The notes under the pieces: generated by a model
Database searches by the model: none
What the model was told of the DNA's origin: nothing
Seen by the model: only the letters and a program-made list of their open reading frames with translations
DNA from: Ostreococcus lucimarinus
Taxonomy: Eukaryota
Strand: one strand, 5' to 3'
NCBI GenBank assembly: GCA_000092065.1
Contig: CP000586.1
DNA: 64,000 nt
Program-made: the position numbers and the translations under genes
In this document: one piece after another, positions 1 to 8,939 of the stretch
How the letters are laid out: every line of letters starts with the position of its first letter
Numbering within the stretch: position 1 is the first letter of the stretch

Positions 1-1
1 G

Positions 2-670
2 TTGCCTCGGGCGGCAGCCGAGACGGCGATGATACATTACTCTACGTTTCCCGTGAGCTTTGGCCTTTTGGCTTTCGTGTTCGCCGGTCACGCGGTGTTT
101 CCCGCGATTTACGCGAGCATGGAGAAGCCGGAAGAGTACGAGGAGATGCTCGACAATTCTTACGCCATCGTGGCCTTGAACTGTCTCGCGCTCGGCGTTG
201 CGGGATACTGCTTATATGGCGACAACGTTGCTGATCAAGTCACCCTGAACCTTCCAGCGGGATCGCTCGCCACACTCGCGTTCGCGTTGATTACTGTGAA
301 CCCGTTGGCGAAATTCGCGCTGACTTTGGATCCCGTCGCCAAGGGCGCCGAAGAAAAACTCAAGCTCCGCGTCAAGGAGTCCAGCAAAGATGCATTCATC
401 TCTCGGCTTGTTCGTACCACGCTCGGCGTCACTGCGCTCGGTATCGCCGTCAAGCTTCCATTTTTTGGCGTCGGCATGTCGCTCATCGGCAGCGTGTTGA
501 CGCTCACCGTCTCTGTACTGTTTCCATCGCTGTGCTATCTCCGCATGTTCGACGACGACATCGACGACGCCGAGAAACTCATCAACTACGCGATATTAGC
601 CATCGGCACCGCGTGCGTCGTTTCCGGCACCGCTGGCGCGCTCGACTCCGCCTTCGCCGTCGCCGCGTAA
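2..670 (+). CDS. C-terminal fragment of an amino-acid transporter (Aa_trans/AVT-like permease); the gene starts upstream of the window
   Basis: Multi-TM C-terminal region with the HAVFPAIYASM motif typical of amino acid/auxin permease-family transporters. The ORF runs in from the window edge and stops at 668-670. Confidence 0.6.
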   Translation: MPRAAAETAMIHYSTFPVSFGLLAFVFAGHAVFPAIYASMEKPEEYEEMLDNSYAIVALNCLALGVAGYCLYGDNVADQVTLNLPAGSLATLAFALITVNPLAKFALTLDPVAKGAEEKLKLRVKESSKDAFISRLVRTTLGVTALGIAVKLPFFGVGMSLIGSVLTLTVSVLFPSLCYLRMFDDDIDDAEKLINYAILAIGTACVVSGTAGALDSAFAVAA

Positions 671-734
671 CCGACGCCGCCTGCTGTAAATTCACCATTC
701 AGTTACGCACCGCACTGCGCCGCGCGCGCGCGCG

Positions 735-2255
735 ATGCGTCACCCACGCGCGGCGGCGCGGCTCTACGCGTGCTTCGCGTGCTTCGCGTGCGCCACGTTC
801 GCGCGCGCGCGCGCCATCGACGACGCCGCGCGCGCGACGACGATGGATTACATGCGCGCATCGACGTTCGACGACGACGATTGGCGCACCGGGAGCGCCG
901 ACGTGACGTCGCTGATACGGTATAATAACCACGCGCGTCGATATCTGCACGCGTGCGCGCCGACCGAGGCGTGGGACGCGGCGGGACGGTTTCTCTCGTC
1001 GCTCGATTGGGCGCTGGCGGGGGACGACGGCAACGCGAACGTGCTGCACGAGTTTAACGATTTACCGACGGTGAAGCACCTGGACGTGAGCCTGCGGATG
1101 GATTATCACGCGAGCGCGAAGAATGGAAATCTGCGGAGGTTGGCGATGTGCGACGCGGCGGCGGGACGAGGAGGCGGTGATGCGTGGTGCATGGGATTGG
1201 AACGGTCGAGCGCGTTCGCAAGACATCGGCGATGGTGGCGAAGGTTGAGCGAGGAATACGAGGATGGGCGACATCCGTATTGGTTGAGTGAGTACATGGA
1301 GTTTGATATGAGCAAGGGGGAGATCGATCCGACGGCGAGCGTGTTTCTGGAGCACTTGCCGGAGAACACGGGGCGTCACGACGAGTACGTCCCGGCGTTG
1401 CGCGAATACTTTAAAGCCATCGAAGCGCGCGTGCCGCCGAGGTTGTATGACAACGTGCAGCGTGTGATCGATTTGGTGACGGGAGAAGGGTTTGACACTT
1501 CTATCTGGGCGGCAGGGATAATGTTCAGTCGTTCAGTCGCGGCAAAAGATGATGGCAAAATTGACAGCGTGCGGTTGTTGATTCATTTCAATCGCCACGA
1601 CAAAGAAGCGACGAAGGAGGGCGATGAAGATGATGACGACGGGTACAGGAGCGAGAAGACTCGTCAAATGGTGCAGTTCCTCGAGATTTTGCATTGGGAC
1701 GGAGACTTCGACGAGTTCGATCGCATCGACGATTATTTCTTGGACGACGGCGGCGTCGGATCCGTCCTGCAAGTCGACGTTCTCTCTCGAGCGCCGACGG
1801 ATAACGCGCCCTCCATCATAGGCTCGCGCGTGGGCGTCGAAATCACCGTCGGTACCGTCCACGGTAAGAACAAGAACATCATGCCTAGGCTCGGTACGCT
1901 CGTCAGCGAGGGCTTAGCCGATGACGCGTGGTGGCAAAACTTCACCGGCGCTCTATGTGCCAAAGGCAGACCGCCTACCGACGCGGCAAACGCATTCTCC
2001 GTACTACGTCGTCCGTGTGTCGTCAAGCGCCGCACGGCCGCGGATAAGCGTGAATTGCGCAAACCCGACGGCTCGGGATTGCTTCCCATGCTCGCCATCG
2101 CCGCGAGCCACGTCAAATTCATCGTCCAGCCCGGTCGGCCTCTGTACGCGAAGACGTACGTCGTGACCCAACACTCGATGCGTCACTGTCTCAACACCGT
2201 CGCGTACAAGACCACCCCACGCGGCTTACCCGAGTATTCACTGTGTGTTAAATAG
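735..2255 (+). CDS. hypothetical protein (no recognisable domain); the true start may be the internal Met near 843
   Basis: Long ORF in a gene-sized gap with GC3-rich codon usage. It begins with ATG at 735. The odd N-terminus (ACFACFACATFARARA) suggests a later start is possible. Confidence 0.4.
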   Translation: MRHPRAAARLYACFACFACATFARARAIDDAARATTMDYMRASTFDDDDWRTGSADVTSLIRYNNHARRYLHACAPTEAWDAAGRFLSSLDWALAGDDGNANVLHEFNDLPTVKHLDVSLRMDYHASAKNGNLRRLAMCDAAAGRGGGDAWCMGLERSSAFARHRRWWRRLSEEYEDGRHPYWLSEYMEFDMSKGEIDPTASVFLEHLPENTGRHDEYVPALREYFKAIEARVPPRLYDNVQRVIDLVTGEGFDTSIWAAGIMFSRSVAAKDDGKIDSVRLLIHFNRHDKEATKEGDEDDDDGYRSEKTRQMVQFLEILHWDGDFDEFDRIDDYFLDDGGVGSVLQVDVLSRAPTDNAPSIIGSRVGVEITVGTVHGKNKNIMPRLGTLVSEGLADDAWWQNFTGALCAKGRPPTDAANAFSVLRRPCVVKRRTAADKRELRKPDGSGLLPMLAIAASHVKFIVQPGRPLYAKTYVVTQHSMRHCLNTVAYKTTPRGLPEYSLCVK

Positions 2256-2494
2256 CCATTCGTAAATAGTCCCGCGCCATCGCGTCGCGCATCGGCCCGT
2301 TTCGCGCCGCTCGTCTCCGCGCGTGGCGTCGCCGCGGCGCCTCGTTCGAGTCTTCACAACCGCGCGCGCCGCGATCGCCCGTGTTTCGTCCGCGCGCCGC
2401 GCGAACGCTCGATATCTATCGCGCGCGCGTTCTCCGCGCGTCCTGACGCGCACGAACGCGTCGCGCGCGTCGAACGACGTGAATCGTTCGCGCC

Positions 2495-5308
2495 ATGATT
2501 CCATCCTCCGAACGCGCGAGCGAACGCCTGACGAGCATCTTGAGCAACGCCGAGTGGGTCACGCGACGGAACGAGCGCGGTGGTGATCATTACATCGCGC
2601 GCGAACGCGTCGGACGCGAGTCGAGGGATGACTCGACGAAGTCTGTGTGGACGGGGTCGCTGTCGATGAGTCGACGAGGTCGACCGCTGGCGAACGAGAC
2701 GCGACCGAACGAAACAGTGGACGAAACCGTCGGCACGGCGATGAAATCGACGTTTGGAAGCGGAAATCTAGAATACATAGGAGCGAGCTCGGCGCAGGCG
2801 AGCGATGCGGATGTGTCTGATGGGGAAGAGCGAGTGCCTTCGACGTCGACGAGACTGGCGGGACGGACGAGTCAAACGATCGATGATTTAAGTAATTTAG
2901 TGCAGTCGAGGACGATCACATGCCAGTTAGTGGCGCAAGCGCCACCTACGGGGGCGAATATTCCAGGGACGGCGCGGGGCGAGGGATTCGCGCGGGCGAG
3001 CGCGGCGGGGAACGCGCTGCCAGAAATAGTGCACGCCGAGTGCGTGGCGCCCGGGGACGATGATTGGCCGGATGTTTGGGATCCCATAGCGTTGTTGCGA
3101 CTGTATCCACTCTCAGCGCATCACGTGACGCCGTTTCATCAGATACACGCTACGTTGACGGATTGCAGAGATGATGCGGCGAAGGACGCCGAGGGCGGAG
3201 AACCCGTGCCAGCGGCGGCGCGCATGGACCTTCCGGATGGTTACGTCGTCTTTATCGTTTCCGACACGGGCTTGCCAGATATCGTGCGCGATGCCGTGGG
3301 GCCGACGAGTGGGAGCACGAAACGTAAGACGGATGAGTCGAAGAAACCAAAGCCGTTGTGGGCGATCATTCAAAGCATCGTTCCGCTCGTCGCGCCGCAG
3401 CCGCCGGCTTCGGTGCCCACGCCAGACTTGAAACCGACGCGTGGGATCCTTCGGGGTTGGGTACCGCCGCCGAAAGAACCGGCGATTGACGAAACGAACA
3501 ACATGGGTCTCGGGCACGCGGCGGAAGAGCAGGAGGGCGTGCGTATGCCCGAGGAACTCTCGGGTGTACACCCAGCCGCGGAGACAACGGACGAAGAGAA
3601 ATCTTTGAGTTCGGCGCACGAGATGACGAGTGGAGTCGAACGCGAGGGTATGGGCACCGTGACTCCGGTTGTGAGCGAAGAAACGAGCGAGTTAACGTCG
3701 GGCACATCTGAGATAGATAGAGTGACGATCAAGATTGGCGGCGATGACGAACTAGACGACTGGCTTTCGCCGCCGCTCGCGCGGCGTAAACGTAAGTCTA
3801 TCGCCGGCCCATCGTCTGGATCTGGGTCTGATGGCGAAAACTCTGACGACTCATCCGGGCGCGAATTTGCCAAACTGAAACGCACAGCGACGTCGCCGAC
3901 GGCGTCGCCGAGCTCGTCTGAAGGCGAAGAAGACAGAGTTCCGATGGAGGGTCAACACGAGATTCCGACGAGCGCGGCAGCGATCGCGCAAGTCATCTCG
4001 CCCGAACAACGCGTACCGTGCATTCCTCTCACTGGCTTGCGTTATATGCTCCTAGGATTCGAAGTCAATCACCCGCATGTGGTTTTCTTGATCAAGTCAC
4101 TCGCCGACGAGGGCGCCGTGTACGTGAGCGACGCAAAGCCAGAAGAAGTCGACTTGATCGTCGTTCACCCGCCATTTTTGCAGCTCTTATCCGCGCCTCA
4201 GTTTCCAGTGCACGTTTCAGATTTCATTAGAACCAGGCACACTCGGTTTGCGCTCGGCTTGCGCCATCTGGAACTTTGCTTGGAGTACAAGCGCAGGCTT
4301 GATCCGCGACTTGAAACCGCAGAGGTTTTCCCCGAAGGTGTCCTGGTTGTCATGGACGATAGTGCGTTGACGAATGACGAAGACGCTTTACATCGAGTTG
4401 TACGCCTACTCGCGCAAGCTGCCGCGGCAAGCGCTGCCGCTGCCGCGGCGAAAGGCATATTTCACTACGGACAAGACGGGAATCGCGAGAATCCACCTTG
4501 GCCGTGGGCTATTAAAGTCGCCAACAGCACGATCCAGAAGCTCATGATGACCAAGCTACGTACGATGCAAACTAACACGGAGAAGGCGTGGAAGATTGAG
4601 ACTATGATCAAGGCCTTGCACGCGTACAAGCACGCTGGCGATCGAGCTGGAAGAGGCGCGAGAGTGATGGGTATTACGTGGGAGGAAGCGTCGCACCAGC
4701 CCGTGGAAGATCCACCGCAAGCGGTGCGCGATGCGGTCAAAATAGCTTCGCGTCACGTATCTATGTGTCGGGCTGTGTTTTTAGTGAGCGAAGACCCGAA
4801 GACACTCGCCGCGGCGAAAGGGCACACGAGCATCCTGTCTGGCTCTGCGAACGACGCCTGCGACTTTTTGACGCAACTCGTTCGCGAGATGTGGGCAGAG
4901 ACCAAAGCGGCGCGAACGGGCATGAACGTGCACGACAGTAATTTGCGTAAAGCAATGTCGGTGAGCGAACCTTCCGCGAGCGAAGTCGTCTCCGATGCGC
5001 AGCACTCGATGAAGCTAGCGGACGTCGAGGACGAAGTCACCGGCGGCGGTCTCGGGCAAAAGCTAACAACGAAAAAAGTTGTCAAGTTCCCTACCATGAT
5101 CGATGACGGTGGTCAAAGCACGCGCAGTCGCGGTCGATATAGTCCGCCGCCTTCGCCCACGCGCACGAACTCCGGACGCACGGGCGAAGATACGAGTAAA
5201 GATACGAGTAAGACGTCGACGGGCGACGCCCCGACCGACGGCGAAGAAACCGCGCAGTCGCCCATCGTGACGCCTCATAAGAAGCTTTGGCGACGTCGGC
5301 GAGTGTGA
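2495..5308 (+). CDS. large hypothetical protein with a BRCT-like segment and a C-terminal PIN-like segment (tentative)
   Basis: 937-aa ORF with an acidic, S/T-rich N-terminal half. A BRCT-like stretch reads LTGLRYMLLGFEVNHPHVVFLIKSLADEGAVYV...DLIVVHP. The C-terminal region carries an AVFLVSEDPKTLAAAKGHTSILSG motif resembling PIN/NYN nucleases. No confident family assignment. Confidence 0.5.
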   Translation: MIPSSERASERLTSILSNAEWVTRRNERGGDHYIARERVGRESRDDSTKSVWTGSLSMSRRGRPLANETRPNETVDETVGTAMKSTFGSGNLEYIGASSAQASDADVSDGEERVPSTSTRLAGRTSQTIDDLSNLVQSRTITCQLVAQAPPTGANIPGTARGEGFARASAAGNALPEIVHAECVAPGDDDWPDVWDPIALLRLYPLSAHHVTPFHQIHATLTDCRDDAAKDAEGGEPVPAAARMDLPDGYVVFIVSDTGLPDIVRDAVGPTSGSTKRKTDESKKPKPLWAIIQSIVPLVAPQPPASVPTPDLKPTRGILRGWVPPPKEPAIDETNNMGLGHAAEEQEGVRMPEELSGVHPAAETTDEEKSLSSAHEMTSGVEREGMGTVTPVVSEETSELTSGTSEIDRVTIKIGGDDELDDWLSPPLARRKRKSIAGPSSGSGSDGENSDDSSGREFAKLKRTATSPTASPSSSEGEEDRVPMEGQHEIPTSAAAIAQVISPEQRVPCIPLTGLRYMLLGFEVNHPHVVFLIKSLADEGAVYVSDAKPEEVDLIVVHPPFLQLLSAPQFPVHVSDFIRTRHTRFALGLRHLELCLEYKRRLDPRLETAEVFPEGVLVVMDDSALTNDEDALHRVVRLLAQAAAASAAAAAAKGIFHYGQDGNRENPPWPWAIKVANSTIQKLMMTKLRTMQTNTEKAWKIETMIKALHAYKHAGDRAGRGARVMGITWEEASHQPVEDPPQAVRDAVKIASRHVSMCRAVFLVSEDPKTLAAAKGHTSILSGSANDACDFLTQLVREMWAETKAARTGMNVHDSNLRKAMSVSEPSASEVVSDAQHSMKLADVEDEVTGGGLGQKLTTKKVVKFPTMIDDGGQSTRSRGRYSPPPSPTRTNSGRTGEDTSKDTSKTSTGDAPTDGEETAQSPIVTPHKKLWRRRRV

Positions 5309-5365
5309 TATATGAATCATTTGTACATTATACGACTAGTTGCATGTTTGACACCACCGTGTCCT

Positions 5366-6481
5366 CTAATCAGCGAAGAGATAGTCGAGCAGGGGCGCGA
5401 CGCACGCCACGCTCATCGAGTTGCCCAAAAGCGTGTACTTTTGACGAGTGGTCAAGTTCGACGGCCACGCGAAATCATTCGGAAGTGAGTGCAACCGTGC
5501 GACCTCATCGACGGTAAAATATCTTAAACGTACGTCGCTCGCGCCATCGCCCATGCGCCCGTCCCACGTAGCCTTGTCGACGCTTTGATTTGCCACGACG
5601 GATCCCGTGCCTTTGACGTATTTGTAGTAACTCTTTGTGAAGCAGTTGCACGTCGTGTCTTCAGCGGTGACTATGTCTATGCTACCCTTGGCGCGATCCA
5701 CGTCATCCTGCTTGACCGCGTTCGCGCGCCAAATATCATCGGTTGCACGATCCAGAAACCTCGAGAGCGGCGCGACGACGACGTCGGCGTCCCTGACGTC
5801 GTCGAAATCCGGAATCCACTCCCTGCGATGCGACAGCTTGCTCGGCGGAGGCGAGCGTCGTATCTCGTCCACGCCGTCCTCAAACGCGCGCGTCGAACGG
5901 GCGAGCATGAAATATCTCGGCCGACTGTAAGGCACGCCGAACATGGTCGGTGTGAGTATGAACTCTTGCGCGTGGAACGCCGACGCGGAGAGCGCGTCTC
6001 GCAGCGCGTCTCGCATGCGACTCGTCTCGAATCCCACCACGTTCTCGACGAACACGTACTTCGGCCGCGCGCTCGCATCCATCTTCACCATCTCGTCCAC
6101 CAACCGCATGAAGCTCTCCGCGCGCCCATCGTCGACGTCCAACTTTAACCCCGCGCGCGTGAACGGTTGACACGGCGGCGACATCGCCCACGCCTCCGCC
6201 TTCGTCTTCACCAGCGTCTCCATCGCCACGCTCACCAAGCTCTTCTGCGACGGTCGCGTCCCATAATTCATCGCGTACGCGTCGCACGCGTTCGGATTCA
6301 CGTCGTACGCGCCGCACACCTCCGCTTCGTCGCCTCGCGCGCGTCGCAGCGCCGCGTGCATGACGCCGACGCCGCAGTACATCTCCAGCACTCGCAATTT
6401 CCCGCCCCTCCGCGTCCTCGCCGTCGCGCCGTCGCGCGTCCCGTCGTCTTCATCGTCTCTCGCGCGCGTTCGCTTCGTCAT
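5366..6481 (-). CDS. TRDMT1: DNMT2/TRDMT1-family cytosine-5 methyltransferase (tRNA Asp C38 methyltransferase)
   Basis: C5-MTase motifs in canonical order: motif I LEMYCGVGVMH, motif IV SPPCQPFTRAG, motif VI ENV, motif X LLGNSMSV. It also has the Dnmt2-specific CFTKSY motif in the target-recognition region. Confidence 0.85.
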   Translation of the reverse strand: MTKRTRARDDEDDGTRDGATARTRRGGKLRVLEMYCGVGVMHAALRRARGDEAEVCGAYDVNPNACDAYAMNYGTRPSQKSLVSVAMETLVKTKAEAWAMSPPCQPFTRAGLKLDVDDGRAESFMRLVDEMVKMDASARPKYVFVENVVGFETSRMRDALRDALSASAFHAQEFILTPTMFGVPYSRPRYFMLARSTRAFEDGVDEIRRSPPPSKLSHRREWIPDFDDVRDADVVVAPLSRFLDRATDDIWRANAVKQDDVDRAKGSIDIVTAEDTTCNCFTKSYYKYVKGTGSVVANQSVDKATWDGRMGDGASDVRLRYFTVDEVARLHSLPNDFAWPSNLTTRQKYTLLGNSMSVACVAPLLDYLFAD

Positions 6482-6878
6482 CGCGCGCGCGCTCGAGCGT
6501 CCGCGCCGCCGCGCGTCGCTTCAGCGGTTCGTTAAAAATGTAAAACCCGCTCGCGACGCCCACGCACGCGGCGACGAGCGGCGGGCCGATCCCGCCGCCG
6601 CGCGACGCGCGGCCGAACAGCGCGCGTCCCGGGAGCATGCGGCGCGCGCGCGCGCGTCGAGCGTCGTCGGGCGGCGCGCGTCGCGGTCTGCGGCGCGCGT
6701 CGTATACGAACGCGACGAACCGCCATCACTCGAAACCCTAACGCGGCGCGAAGATAAAGACTGACGTCAGCGCCATCGTTATCCGACGGCGACGGCGACG
6801 GCGACGCGCGCCACACGCCGACGCGACGCGCGCCGACGAACGCCGCGCTCGACCGCGCGAACGACCACCGCGCGCGCC

Positions 6879-7565
6879 ATGCTCGCCCAACGCCACGCCG
6901 CGAGCGCCGCGGGCGCGCGCGCGCCGCTCGCGCGAAACGCGACGACGCGACGCGCGACGACGCGACGCGGCGCGCTCGTCGTCCGCGCGCAAGAGATCAG
7001 CGCGAGCGTCGATAAGCCGCTGGGATTGACGCTGAAGGAGCGCGGCGACGGTCGACCGGGGGTGCAGATCGCGCAGTGCAAGGGGAACGCGTCGAAGGCG
7101 GGGCTGAAGGCGGGGGACATCGTCAAGTACCACTCGTCGTTTTTCGGCGACGAGCTGTGGCCGGCGGACGCGCTGGCGTTCTCGCGAAGCGCGATCTCGG
7201 CGTGCCCGAACACGGTTGATTTTGTCGTCGTGCGAGGCGGTCAAGGGGCGGACTTTGACGTGAAGCGGTTGCCGAAGCGACCGGCGCCGCCGAAGTTTGG
7301 CCGCAAGTTGACGGCGGCGCAAAAGGAAAGAGCGTCGCACATTTGCGTGGATTGCGGGTACGTGTACACGCTGCCGACGGCGTTTAGCGAGCAACCGAAG
7401 AGCTATATTTGCCCGCAGTGCAACGCGCCGAAGAGTCGGTTCGCGCCGTACGACGTCGAGACGGGACGCGCGAAGGGTGGGGGCTTATCCACGCCCTTGA
7501 TCACCGTCGCGTCCACCGTCATCGGTCTCGGCGGCATCGCGTTCTTATTGAAGGATTTGCTCTAG
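6879..7565 (+). CDS. rubredoxin-domain membrane protein with an N-terminal transit-peptide-like region, a PDZ-like domain and a C-terminal TM anchor (RBD1-like thylakoid rubredoxin)
   Basis: Rubredoxin metal site CVDCGYVY...CPQCNAPKSRF. PDZ-like GLTLKERGDGRPGVQIAQ...GLKAGDIVKY. C-terminal hydrophobic helix ITVASTVIGLGGIAFLL. R/A-rich presequence. Confidence 0.75.
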   Translation: MLAQRHAASAAGARAPLARNATTRRATTRRGALVVRAQEISASVDKPLGLTLKERGDGRPGVQIAQCKGNASKAGLKAGDIVKYHSSFFGDELWPADALAFSRSAISACPNTVDFVVVRGGQGADFDVKRLPKRPAPPKFGRKLTAAQKERASHICVDCGYVYTLPTAFSEQPKSYICPQCNAPKSRFAPYDVETGRAKGGGLSTPLITVASTVIGLGGIAFLLKDLL

Positions 7566-7685
7566 AGAGCGCCGATCGAAAGGAAACGGACGCGAAATAA
7601 TGTAATTCGTCATCAATTTTGTCGTCGTTTCAACGAACGCTAGTCTATAAACTAATCGCCGCGCGCGCGCGCGGCTTCGCTGATT

Positions 7686-8543
7686 TCACGTCGCGGCGTC
7701 CGCGACGGCGTCTTCAACCACCGACGGTTCGCGCACCGAATCGAGGGTTCGCTCCGGTTTAGATTTCTTCGGAAACTCGACCGCCGTCTCGGCCGCGGGA
7801 AGCGCGCAGAAAGCCGCGCACGCGGCATCCACGTCGTCTTGAAATCGACATCGCCGCACTATTCGAAATCCTTCCTCCTTCGTCGGCGGCGCGTTATCCT
7901 TCCCACGCATCTGCAACTGCACCACGCGCACCGAGCTCTCCCCCTGCACGCCTCCCGGATGATTCGTCCGCATCCGCACGCGCTGCTGATACACCGACAC
8001 CGGCTGATTAAACCAAACCGCTCGCAGCTCGCACGGCGGCCGCGCCTCGCGCGCGAGCGCCACGAAATCCGCTCTCTGCTGCCGACTCAGCCCGCACCGA
8101 TCGATCACCACGTGCTTACCCTCCTCCAGCGCTCGTTTCGCCACTCGCACGCACTGTTGCCTCGTCCCACGCTTCCCGTTCGACACCGTGTCTTGGTTCG
8201 CCGTCGTCCACCGCTCGCGCGGCAACCGCGCCGAAAACGTCGACTTTCCCGCCCCGCTCGGTCCGACGAGCACGAGCACCACGGGCGCGCGCGGCGCGCG
8301 CTCGAACATCGTCGCCACCGCGCCCTCGCGCGTCGTCGCCGCCGCGTCGCGCCGTTTCACCGGCGCCCAGCCTCCGTCGTCGTCCCGCGCGAGGACGTCG
8401 TCATCGCGCGCGCGCGTCGCGCTCTCGCGCGCGCGCTCGCGCGCCATCGCGCGACCGACGTCGTCGCGCGCGCCGCGCCGCGCCGACGGTCGATCGCGTC
8501 GCGTCGCGCGCGCGAGCGCGCGCGCGGTGCAGTGACGGCACAT
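7686..8543 (-). CDS. P-loop kinase (PNK-like / AAA_33-type nucleotide or polynucleotide kinase)
   Basis: Walker A VLVLVGPSGAGKSTF followed by a kinase-like core (HVVIDRCGLSRQQR). ATG start at 8543. Confidence 0.55.
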   Translation of the reverse strand: MCRHCTARALARATRRDRPSARRGARDDVGRAMARERARESATRARDDDVLARDDDGGWAPVKRRDAAATTREGAVATMFERAPRAPVVLVLVGPSGAGKSTFSARLPRERWTTANQDTVSNGKRGTRQQCVRVAKRALEEGKHVVIDRCGLSRQQRADFVALAREARPPCELRAVWFNQPVSVYQQRVRMRTNHPGGVQGESSVRVVQLQMRGKDNAPPTKEEGFRIVRRCRFQDDVDAACAAFCALPAAETAVEFPKKSKPERTLDSVREPSVVEDAVADAAT

Positions 8544-8575
8544 CGTCGCGGTGCCATCGCGTCGCGCGCGACGCG

Positions 8576-8899
8576 ATGGACGCGCGACGCGGCGCGGCGC
8601 GCGCGGCGAGCGCGGCGACGACGACGACGTCGCCGAACGCGCGCGCGGCGGTCGTCGCCGCGCTCGCGCTCGCGCTGAGCGCGCGGTTGTTGATGGACAA
8701 GCGCGCGCACGACGACGCGGTCGACGCGCTGCGAGACGAACTCGAGCGCGAACGGCGCGCGAGGGCGACGTACGAGGCGAGGGTGCGGTACTTGGAGCGA
8801 TGGAGACCGTTCGGGAGGACGACGCGGGCGGAGGAGAGCGCGGACGAGGGACGCGCGGCGAAGGCGAACGCGAAGGCGAAGGACGGGGTGATGGTGTGA
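8576..8899 (+). CDS. small hypothetical protein with one TM helix plus a coiled-coil
   Basis: 107-aa ORF with a hydrophobic segment AAVVAALALALSARLL followed by heptad-like DELERERRARATYEARVRYLERW. It sits in the gap between two minus-strand genes. Weak support. Confidence 0.3.
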   Translation: MDARRGAARAASAATTTTSPNARAAVVAALALALSARLLMDKRAHDDAVDALRDELERERRARATYEARVRYLERWRPFGRTTRAEESADEGRAAKANAKAKDGVMV

Positions 8900-8939
8900 G
8901 ACGCGCGCCGATGTAATGTGAACTAATGAGCTAATCGAT

